From Folioceros fuciformis (taxonomy: Eukaryota): a stretch of 20,000 bases of DNA. The notes below the pieces were generated by a model. The model did not search any database. It saw only the letters and a list, made by a program, of their open reading frames with translations, and was not told the DNA's origin. The DNA lies in assembly GCA_049999805.1 (NCBI GenBank), contig JBNGIO010005941.1, positions 52,098-72,097 on the forward strand, given 5' to 3'. The translations under genes were made by a program, and so were the position numbers. How positions within the stretch are numbered: position 1 is the first letter of the stretch; the number at the start of each line of letters is the position of its first letter. Below are positions 10,362-20,000 of the stretch, piece by piece.

Positions 10362-12022
10362 ATGGCTCCGAAGATGTTGAGGTTGCTGTTGGTCCTATGG
10401 GCCCCGCTTTTGTTTGTGAGCTGGACACGTGTGGTCAAAGCTGAGGAGGAAGGTGAAGCTCCTGAGCCTGGTGTCAAGCCGGAGGATGAAGGTCAGTTTG
10501 TACACGTCGATCATGCTGGGAGCTCAGTCATTGCATGGCCAACCAAGTCTTTGAAACCGGGATTTGAAAACTAATTTTCAACTTATTTGCTTTGGCGAGC
10601 AGAGTGGACCTGGTGTGTGACGGACACTAGCGACAAGCCAACTTGCGACGCAATGGTCAAGCTTCTTCAAGCTCTTGATCCGGAGGAGGAGCACGTCCAC
10701 TCGTGGTGCGTTTTTCCTTCTCGTGCGAATTTTGATCGTTTGATTTCGAGAGGGGATGTCTTAAACTAAATGGAACGGTGACGTGCTTGTGTAGTATCGT
10801 GGGGGATGGAGACGAAGACTGCATGAAGAAGGTACAAAGAGGCGAGGCAAAGTTTGTAGTCCTGGACGGCGGTGAGATCTGGGAAGCCAGCAGTGAGTAC
10901 GGGCTGAAGCCTATCCGTACAGAGGTTTCAGAACTGGAGGGGAGCTACTACGGCGTGGGAGTCGTGAGGAAAGGCAAGTGCCCGGGAAGCCTGGCTGACT
11001 TGAAGGGCAAGCGTTCCTGCCACACTGGTTACAACAGAGCTACCGGATGGGTGTTCCCTGTCACTTACCTCATCAACAACAAGATCATGCCCGTTGTCAC
11101 CAAGTAAGCTTCAGGACTTCATGCCTCTAGCACATTCAAAAGCAGATGGATTCCATCACGACTTACAGCATCTTCTGGTAGAAACATGGAGTGGCATGCA
11201 CATCCATTCCTAAAGACACGTGGCAATGGCCGGGCCTTCGTGGCAGGGGTCCTCAATCCAACGACATCGAGTCTGTCAAGGCCTTTTTCAAGGCATCCTG
11301 TGCTGCCAACTCCGATCCCAACAAGGAGATCTGTTCAGCTTGCAAGATCAAGACTGCCTGCACCAAAGCTGATCCCTACTACGACTACGAGGGAGCTTTC
11401 AGGGGCTTGGTAGAGGACGCCTGCGATGTGGCCTTTACCAAGCACACCATAGTAGGCCAGTATGCCATGGGAGGAAGGTCTGCAGCGGCAGACTGGAGCG
11501 GCCTGCAGGACGCAACCAACTATCAGATTCTGTGCCCTAACAAATACAACGGGCAGGTGTGCACTGATCCCAGCAACTACAAATCTTGCAACTTCGGCCA
11601 AGCCCCTGGCCACGCTATCCTGGTGGCCCAGGACTATCCGGACATCGAGATCAACGAGTTCAACAATGTCATGAATGCAGCCAACTCCGACCCTGCTTTC
11701 ATCAGCTTGTTATTTTCAGGTAAAGCTTCCTGCACCTTGCGCTCTAAAAAATTATACGCATGCACAGTCTGTGTCTAACGCTGGATTTTCATCTCTCTTG
11801 TGGTCAGGAAACAACAAGGAGGGACACATCTTCGCTGCAGACGCAACCAGGACTGTAGCTTACGCTGGAACCACTCAGGCACTTCTTGGAAACTTCTACG
11901 ACAACATCCGGGATCTAGAGAGCGTCAACGCCCAGAAGACCGACACTGGCAGTGGAACCAGGGCTGCCTCTTCAATCATCTTGCCATTGGCGGTTGGTCT
12001 CGTGTATGTGTTGTTTCAGTAG
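10362..12022 (+). CDS. Single-lobe transferrin-family iron-binding protein with signal peptide and predicted GPI-anchor signal, 5 exons, 409 aa
   Basis: Exons 10362-10491, 10603-10705, 10795-11103, 11247-11719 and 11808-12022 total 1230 nt, with all GT-AG borders and matching phases. Transferrin motifs: WTWCV..TC, SCIVGDGDEDCMKKVQRGEAKFVVLDGG, SYYGVGVVRK, LADLKGKRSCHTGYNRATGWVFP, FFKASCA, PYYDYEGAFRGL, DVAFTKH, YQILCP, SCNFGQAPGHAILV. The N-terminus is hydrophobic (MAPKMLRLLLVLWAPLLFVSWTRVVKA) and the C-terminus ends ...DTGSGTRAASSIILPLAVGLVYVLFQ*. Confidence 0.92.
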
Positions 12023-14307
12023 GATCTTAGTGGTAGTAATAGTCACCTGGTACCGAAGAATGGCCTGTGGTTGCGCGGTGGGCATGTGTTGTAGCTGGTC
12101 CTGTCGTCACACTGGGCGGGCAGCAGGCTCCACTGTCTTGAGACGTCCAACTCCAAGTAGAAACAAGCGAGCACCAGTTCCGGGTTTGGAGGGGTCAACC
12201 GGGTACAGTATTAGGAAATCATTCAATCTGCGTCCCTGCAGGACAAACTCTCTTCATGACGCAGCGCCTGGCCACCGGCTGCAGTCCGGCTGCAGTCACA
12301 GGAATTTAGGGGACGAGTTTGGTGCCAACCGGGCCAACAAATGGCGATGGATTGAAAATTAACCGGTAGAGTGGAGCCGGTGGCCGGGCACGTAACGACG
12401 AATCCCGCTCGCCTCTCAAGAAGAGGGTAATAAACTTCGTGTGAGGTTTAGGCGCTAGCCTTCATGATACCTTCCTGACATCTGCCAGCGTTGTTCATGA
12501 CTCTGGCCATTTTATCTGGCCCCGATTTACTCCAATAAAGTGGTCTTACGCACGCAACTCCCCAGCCCGAGTCAAGCATGCAAGCCCTGGCTCTGGGACG
12601 ACACCATAGGGCCACTGCCGTTCCATCTTCGTACAGTACTGTACTTGGAAATCAATTCCAGACACCAGCCGTTCGCTCATGTTACTTGGTAATCAATGCC
12701 ATAGGCCACAGTGATCACTTCACCTCCGTTACGGGAGTTCTGTACGCTGAAGAATACATATGCGTTAAGTCTTGTCTAATTCGGTAGGGTGACAAGGTCT
12801 GTGGTCGTTCAGAGTGAGTAGCAGGGCAAGGCCGGTGTTTGTTTCTAATGGGGCCTTGACAATCTGAGGTACAACACAAGGCTTGGCAAGCATCAGGCTG
12901 ATGCTTGCAAACTTCTCCTTGAGCCTTGGTTCCTGAAGTCTGTCTTCACAGGCAGGCAAGTTTGAGGCAGCGGCCTGGTTGTTGGTGCAGTTCCAGGTAA
13001 CTATGGTTCGATTCTCTGCTGCTCCTGGCTGGCCTGCGTCTCCTGGTGGTTGGATTCGCACGCCCTGGCCTTGTACGCAGCACGGAGCAGTGGACAAGCA
13101 AGAGTGCGAGGACGAAGGACAGGTCCGGCATAAGTTTGCAAAGAAGAGGGGAATCTTCAAGACCTGAGGTTAACTTTGTCACATTCTTGAACGGGGCCTT
13201 GGAGCCTGTGGAGGCTGGCTGGTGGAAATTTGTGTCCATCAGACTGACACGGTGAGCAGTCTTCAGATCCGATCTGGTCCGATCCGATGATTGTGTGCAA
13301 TCTGAGGCCCGTTTAGGCTGATACAGGCTGTTTTGTTCAGTCGACAGACTGTGTTGAGCTGACGCTAAACTGCCAATTCGAAGATGAAAGTCAGGCGTGG
13401 TAATTTGGAGAAATGTAGCAATGAGAGCTAGTAAGCGACACTGATGAGCTTGGAGCATTCCCTGAGCTCATGCACTGACGAGAAACGGATGGTGTGGATG
13501 AAATCCCAGGGCTCGCTTCCTCGGATCCGTAGTCTGCAGAGGGAGAATGGCACCGCTGAAAGACATACATAGATAGCGGTTAATTCCAGAAGGACCAAGG
13601 TGCAGATCGGATCAGACCCTGGACTGCAGACAATCATGCAACATGAAAGTACTCTGGCAATCTGCCTGCCACCTTTGTCTGAGCGTTCTGGTTATCTGGC
13701 CTGCTTTCAAGGCAAAAGCATGTAGTACGGAAATTGGTAACAAGTGCACACATTCATTCATTCATTCATTCACTCACTCCCGCAGCTGATCCGTTACTGT
13801 GAACTGGAAAGACAAGTACATACATACACTACCGGAGTATGAGCCTCCCGTTCCGTTACGTCACGTAACGTACCGTCCCGTCCCGTTACTGTAACAGTTA
13901 CAGTTAAGGTTCGCATTTCCCGACGAGCAAGCTCCCCGGGGGGCCATGCCCGGGACGGGCTGCCTGGGCCGGGCTGGGTCGGGAATAAAATTAAATGTGC
14001 GGAATTTTTTGTTGTGGCGTCTTCCAAGGAGTTATCGCCCCAAAGCAGGCATAGTAAATTGTCCTGGACCTGGACAACGAGAAGTTGAGTACCTAACCTA
14101 ATCCGAGGGAAATGTACATATGGATTCTTCAAGCGTAGACTGATGAGCGAGGGCGGAGACAGAGGCAGACGAGAGATTCGGTGTAGGCTCCACGGGATTC
14201 CCCTCAGACTGGGATTCAGAAGCGACGGCATCGATTTGGCTGCCCCTTCGGGGACTGTGGATTCCAAAGTTGCTCCGATTTCAATCTCGGTCTCCATTTC
14301 TCGAATT

Positions 14308-14470
14308 GCTCAGAACAGCACAGCTCAGCTCAGCACAGCACAGCACAGCACAGGTCAGCTCAGCTCAGCTCAGCTCAGCTCAGCTCATCTCATCTCAGCT
14401 CNNNNNNNNNNTCAGCTCAGCTCAGCTCAGCTCAGCTCAGCTCATCTCATCTCAGCTCAGCTCAGCTCAG
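14308..14470. repeat. Compound pentanucleotide microsatellite (CACAG)n/(CTCAG)n containing a 10-N assembly gap at 14402-14411
   Basis: Runs of CAGCA, CTCAG and CTCAT are directly visible on both sides of the Ns. The sequence right of the gap duplicates the sequence left of it, so the true length is unknown. Confidence 0.95.
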
Positions 14471-16482
14471 CGGTGGAGTAGGTTATCGAGCATCCATGAT
14501 CCCATAGACGTCGGCAGATACATACATATCTATGACAACATACAGATGTAGAGGGCTCTAGGCTAGTAGCCGATAACTTTGGAGACGTGGATTTTTGTGC
14601 GCATACAGCACCCCGGCTTGCCTAAATACGATGCTATCCTGGAATAGCAGCAAATTGAAGACCTAGGGCGGCGTAGGGCGAAAGGCATGGACCATGACGA
14701 GCATGTATGTTTTGCGTGCAGATAATTTTAGAGACAACACTGGGCCGGGCTGAGGCGGAGATCCTGCGAAACGGACAATGGGATGGGATGTCACCGACAT
14801 CGCACAGTGCTGCAGGGCTATTCTGCACAGCTAATCTGTGAAGTTGCTATGTATGGTGTTGTGAAGACACGTGTGACTGCAGTTTCTGTTATGTGCGGAC
14901 AAATTCTGTGGAGACAGAGATAGGGTGACAGGTCTGGACTGGAGTGGGCTGGACTGGACTGAACTGCACTGCCTGGCTGATTGCTAGATACGTGTTGCAT
15001 GGCGCAACCCGTTGCCGAAGATTTAGCTAGGCAGGAAAGAAGGAAAGAATGCCGGCGTCTATTCCATGTAGCTCCAAATAGACCGACGGCAAGGCAATTC
15101 AAGGCCAGGCCACTCCAGGCCAGGCCGGGCCGAGCAAGTGTAAGGCGTTGAGCAGAACGGGGGCATCGTACTCGGATGATCCAAACAGGCGGGAGCCAAT
15201 GGGGCTGGCAGGCCAGCGGTGCATCCAGTCGTGGTGGAAGTGGATGGCACGGTGTGGGGCTGGAATGACCGGGCACGTCTCGTCGGCGCACAACTATGGC
15301 ACATACAGTATGCGAAGTGGTATTGAATATTTCGGGCTGCCGCAATGTAGCCGGGAGCCCGGCCCGGTCCCGGAGCCACAGCGGAGTGCGAGATGTATGG
15401 AAAAGCTGCTGTGCTGTGCTGTGCTGTGCCCCCGGGCCCGTCGTTACCGCCACTGATTTTTTTCCCTTTTGTGTTCACCAGGGATTCCAGGAAGCGACAT
15501 TGCGGGGAATGAAAAAGGGGGTTAAAATACTGGGCGGTCAGGCTGAATAATTGTTGTGATTGGAGTCCTTGGACCAGCATAATTTAGGCTGGGCCGACAC
15601 ATCCTGGAGCTCTACGGCGTGGCGTCTTATGGACTCCGTGGAGCATGTTGACACTGGTCTGGCAGTTTGTTCTGGACAGGTACGTCTGCCGACAAAACTA
15701 GGGCGCCTTATTCGGGCTCTTTTGCCGCGTTCCAGTATATTATATCATGTACTCTATTTTCCACCAGGCCAGCAACCCAAATCAGGCTGCTTGTCCGTGT
15801 TCTGCACCTTGACACAACGCGACAACTTCTGACTGCCCGTGAAGCCCGGACCGGGGCCCGGGGCCCTGGCTGCGGGCTGCTCTTCACTGTGCTGCTCCTT
15901 CTCACCAACCCGTGCCTGCGCGTTGCCCATTAGGCTGCAGCGCATGTATTGGGCCGTTGTTGCCTCATGTCCACAACTTTTCGTCGATCCGACTCCCCGG
16001 GAGTTTTCAGGCATTATAGACCTCGATAGAGCACCCGGTGAGGAAGTGACTTGTTTGCCCCCAGGAGGCTCGCACGCCCCAACGGTCTTTCCGGAGACCG
16101 CGGTTGCCAGGGATTGGGAACCACACCTTGAGGATCACCTTGTACATAAGTAACCCAGCCCCTTTTAATTTTTCGCTTTCGACATTTATGTTCATACATT
16201 GAATACACATATGAACGAGTGCCTTTATTGCGCTAGGTGGGCTTGGCAGGTGAAGTGCGGGAGTGTTTGGAGTGGGCAGATAAAACTTCACTCTGGTGCA
16301 GAGGCAAAGGCAAAGGCTATGGCAGAGGCAGATGCGCAGATGGAGGCTGGGAGTCTGGGACTGTCGGGATGAGCCAGATTTGTGAACACGATATACCTGA
16401 AACAGTGAATGCAGTGTGTAGGCAGGGAGTGAAAGGAAAATCTACATGTGCAACATAATAACATAAGGAGAGGAAGGGACTG

Positions 16483-16552
16483 ACGGTGTGACATGGTGAC
16501 AGGTGATGGCTCTATTGAACGGTGTGACATGGTGACAAGTGATGGTTCTTTT
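16483..16552. repeat. 36-bp direct tandem duplication
   Basis: ACGGTGTGACATGGTGACA(G/A)GTGATGG(C/T)TCT starts at both 16483 and 16519. Confidence 0.85.
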
Positions 16553-17357
16553 CAATAGAAGGAAAAGGGGACGCGAAAGGATAAGGGAGAGGAAAGGCTA
16601 AAGGGAAAGGGTGAGAGATGCTGGCTGGCATGCTCATGCTCATGCTGCCCTATTCGTTGGTCCATGAAACAAATAATAGATTTGGCACATCGGCAGTGGC
16701 CAAGCATGTGCCGAGAGAGGCAGTGGGTAAGGGCTTTTAAGATCACCCCTGGCTGCAATCAAAGTCGACGCACACAAACGCCTTTCTGCCAACCAGGTCC
16801 CAGATCCTGGTTCTGGTCCTGGTCCTGGTCCAGGTCCTCAGGTCCCCGGGTACAACCAACCCCCTCGCTCTCGGTGCCGTTCCACGTCAACTCCATTGTC
16901 GGCGGATCGGCAAGTCAATAACAGTTGGAAATATGTCCTCTCTTCTCAGAACCATCCTCGAAGCTTGCGCTTACTGGAACGGCAAAAACAAAATATCTAC
17001 ATAAGGGGGGATTGCGGGTTGTGTGGGACGACACAAGAGCAGTACTACTTGCCTCACACATGTATCTGATCACACTTTCATTCTACTTGGACTTCCAACT
17101 TTTCTGGCTAGCCACCTACTCCACTAACGTACAGTCTGCGTTACCGACCTTCTTGGCTAACGGCCGTTTCACGGCTCCTCTCAGGAATGCCAGTTCGGCG
17201 GCGAGCGGCTGTCGGCCTGATTTTGCATCGTCTAGCAATCCTCTGACAAGACGATGCAAAATAAGTCCCACACAAATTCTTGAAATTTTCTGTCCAACAC
17301 ACGCCCGGTGTCCGCCTCAGGTAACATCACCAATGTGACGGGATATTGATGCACCAG

Positions 17358-19937
17358 TCATTGGAAGTTGTTCACCAGGTTCTGCAACGCAGTTTCAAGG
17401 TCTTCCTTCTTTATCCTCGCCTCTTCTACATCCTGCACAGCATTCATTCCCAATGTCATGAGGCTTTGCTTGCCCAGCATTGCACCAACAGCAACTGCAT
17501 CAGGGTCCAGATCAGGCTCGGGGTCAGCAGGGCCCGGGAGATTTCACGTACCGTGATGTGAATCATGTGGTAGGCAGTCCTGCTGTTGGTGGACTTCTGG
17601 GCGTTCAGCACCCGGAATCGAAGGCTCTCAAGAAGGAGGAGAGTCCTGGAGAAGAGCTGCAGGCTGCCCTTAAGGCAAGTTAGAGTGATGAAAGCCTCTC
17701 TCCCGCATATGTCCAGAGTGAAAACTGGCGTGAAGGGCTGCTGCTCCTGGCCACCCTGCTTGTCCCACTGTTGGACACCACCTGCAGCGCTAGCGTCCTT
17801 TTGATCTTGGCTCTCAGGAGATGAACAAGGCCCAGAGCTTTTGCACAGGTCTGTGGAGCTTCCGGAGTTCGCCAGCCTGTTGGACGGGAAGATCTTCGTC
17901 TTGTAGGCTCCAAACACGGTGTGGGACCCTCGAAGCAGTTTTTGAGCCACTGTCAGCTCTGTTTTCTTTTGCGCCAGCTGCTTCAGAGACTGTTGCATTC
18001 CCTCGATGTAGCTGATGGTCTCTGCCACGATTTTCAGTCTGTCCGAGGGCTGCACAAACGATGACCATGCATGTGAAACAACGTTACACCTTCCCCACTC
18101 CGAGCTACAAGCTTCATCACTAACAACAATCGCACTGTCACAAACTGCAAAGATGCAGCAGTCCCAGACCCAGCTTGTTTCCCACGAGCAATACCTTAGG
18201 ATTCAGCCCGTCCGCTGGCAGCAACGATCCCAACGTCGACAGCATGCAGTTCATACTCTTCCGCCTTCTCCTTTCCGCTATAACATGGCTTTCCCGCTCC
18301 GAAGAAGGCGACTGCTTCACAGGGCGAGGCGGCTCCGCCTGAGCCACAGCATTCATGTTTGCACGAGCTGCAGCCTGCGACGCTTTACAAGTCCTGGCCT
18401 TCTTGGCTGCAGGTTGCTTGCCAAGCCCAGCCTCTGCGATGGCAGGAGAGGAGTTGACGTCGCCTCCAGATCCCCGACTTCCTCGTCTCCTCTTGCCAGC
18501 AAGGCCCGGTTTCACATCCAATCCCGCGGGAGACGAAGCTTCAACACCAGCCACTGCTCGCAGAACCTGAGTCGTGATCCTCTCACTGCAGTTAGAGGCC
18601 AGCGGCCCTCTCCTCAACGGCACCTCCGCCACAGTGACTGCAGTTTGGCCAGCCACGCGGTTCTTGGCCGCGCCAGATGGTCGAATATCAGGGCTGGGAT
18701 TGCCCGGTGGAAGAGGAATCGAGCCCGGCGAGCTCTTACAATTATCCTTGGGTATGGCGCTAGGGCCACGTTGCCCCAAACCAGAAGCCTCTGCAGCAGG
18801 GGACTCCTCCGGAGAGCATGACTTCCTGGACGGCCGGGGCGAGGGACTGCCTGCCGACGCCTGTACGCTCCGCCTTCTCTTGGTCGGAGGAGGAGACAAT
18901 TTTCCGAAGGACATGGAAGTGGTAGACGGCTCCTCCACGCAGGCGTCCTTCCCCGGGTCCGGACCAGCGGCTGCTCTCGGCCCGCCGGGAGAGGGAACCT
19001 CATAATCTGCAGCACGGACCCGCTTCATTCCCGCACTCGGCAGCTGCTGCAAATTTGCATCCCTCGGTCCCGGAAGCATGCTCCCAGACTGCGCATGCTG
19101 CTGGTGCTGTTGCTGGTGCTGTTGCTGGTGCTGCTGATGCTCCTGGCCTTGGAGTTGAAATTGCTCGTGCATTTGTTCGGAGTTGGAGGCAGTGACAGTG
19201 ACGTGATCACAGTGATGGGAGGAGAGCTGAGCATCGGGGCCGAACTTGAGCACGTCGTCCTCAATCTTGTTCGGGGCGCTGCCGACCTCCATGGACCTCC
19301 TGTCATCCGAAACCTCATTGGGACTGCAGAGCTGAGCAAAATCAGCTACGCTGTGGCTCCGGGACTGGCTCTCCATCATCAAGCAGGATTCCAACACGGT
19401 GACCGGAGACCCCATGGATTGGAACCCTTCCAGCGACGAAATATGGTCGGAGGCGGAAGACAAGTAACCCGCCCCTGCTGCCTTGCAACCGAGGTCGGAT
19501 CCAACGTTGGACGATAGCACGGAGGGGGACGCTCCGCCTCCGCCTCCGCAGTCGTGGCTGTGCTCCCCATCCGGCAGCTCCAGGAGCGGCCACTGGTGGA
19601 AGCAAAAATCTCCGAGCTGCAAGTCATCCGCTGCGCTGGTGTCCACTAGAGCCTGGCTCTGCATGTTAGCCGCCTCATCCAGCTCCTCCACGTTGAGTGG
19701 CCAGTGCGAGGAGGCGGAGAGAGCCTCCTCCCAGCCGCGGGAAGGCGAGCAGGGATGGAGGATCTCAGAGCCGAGCTCCTCCCCCTGGTTGCGCAATTCC
19801 TCAGCCAAGCGCATGGAGACATGAGTAGAGGGGAATGATGCGGGTCCGGGTCCGGGTCCGGATGCGGGTGCGGCTCCAGCTGCGGACGAGAAGAAATTCA
19901 AGCCTTGGTGATGATCATTCTGTGAATTCGTCTTCAT
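17358..19937 (-). CDS. bHLH transcription factor with C-terminal ACT-like domain, ZHOUPI/RGE1 (bHLH95, clade Ib(1))-like; possibly 5'-partial
   Basis: Exons on the minus strand: 19937(ATG)-18195, 18049-17552 and 17432-17358 (TGA), joined by GT-AG introns in phase 0. The bHLH reads ERESHVIAERRRRKSMNCMLSTLGSLLPADGLNPK|PSDRLKIVAETISYIEGMQQSLKQL, with H-E-R basic residues. The C-terminus VFTLDICGREAFITL..LFSRTLLLLESLRFRVLNAQKS..AYHMIHIT resembles the ZOU-type 'V.L.ICG.EAF' ACT-like domain. The frame stays open to position 20000, so the true start may lie outside the window. Confidence 0.88.
19095..19142 (-). repeat. Coding poly-Q/H tract within the bHLH N-terminus
   Basis: (TGC/TGG/TGT)n on the + strand encodes EHQQHQQQHQQQHQQH. 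Confidence 0.85.
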
Positions 19938-20000
19938 CCCTTGGCTGCAGAAGGGCAAGGTCTGGCCCAGGTGCGCCTCCTGGCCGGAAGAATAGTGCAG

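Noticed and set aside
5421-12944. 15-bp inverted match CAGACTTCAGGAACC (5421) versus about 12930-12944
   Set aside because: A single 15-mer match is expected by chance in 20 kb.
14143-14551. ORFs with SSAQL repeats
   Set aside because: These are translations of the CTCAG microsatellite across an N gap.
14965-14974. TGCACTGCCT resembling the miR408 5' end
   Set aside because: Only 10 nt match, embedded in a CTGGA-type microsatellite, and no precursor hairpin is seen.
14332-15429. (CACAG)n and (CTGTG)n as terminal inverted repeats of a ~1.1-kb MITE
   Set aside because: The match is limited to a simple repeat, with no target-site duplication or unique TIR sequence visible.
18015-19824. Long plus-strand ORFs (268, 143, 140 and 113 aa)
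   Set aside because: They are antisense shadows of the GC-rich bHLH exon.
10362-19937. Transferrin + bHLH as an iron-regulatory gene pair
   Set aside because: The bHLH resembles ZOU (Ib(1)) rather than FIT or the Ib(2)/IVc iron regulators. The genes are convergent and 5 kb apart, and adjacency alone is not evidence.

Overview
Eukaryotic, intron-rich, gene-dense plant DNA. Short GT-AG introns and a WW-type PLS-PPR remnant suggest a seed-free land plant such as a hornwort or fern/lycophyte; this is inference only. Three intact spliced genes can be built by hand. (1) An RWD + RING-H2 E3 ligase of the RNF25 type (+, 3940-5978, 7 exons). (2) A single-lobe transferrin-family protein with signal peptide, a complete canonical Fe3+/carbonate ligand set and a GPI-like C-terminus (+, 10362-12022, 5 exons, 409 aa). 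(3) A ZHOUPI/bHLH95-like bHLH with ACT-like C-terminus and a very long low-complexity N-terminus (-, 17358 to at least 19937). Between them lie decayed gene remnants (a PLS-class PPR editing-factor pseudogene, a probable P-class PPR fragment, a possible C2H2 zinc-finger relic), a ~75-bp minisatellite at the left edge, many 5-bp-period microsatellites and a 10-N assembly gap. The most interesting element is the putative cell-surface monolobal transferrin, which has a structured hairpin just upstream of its ATG.
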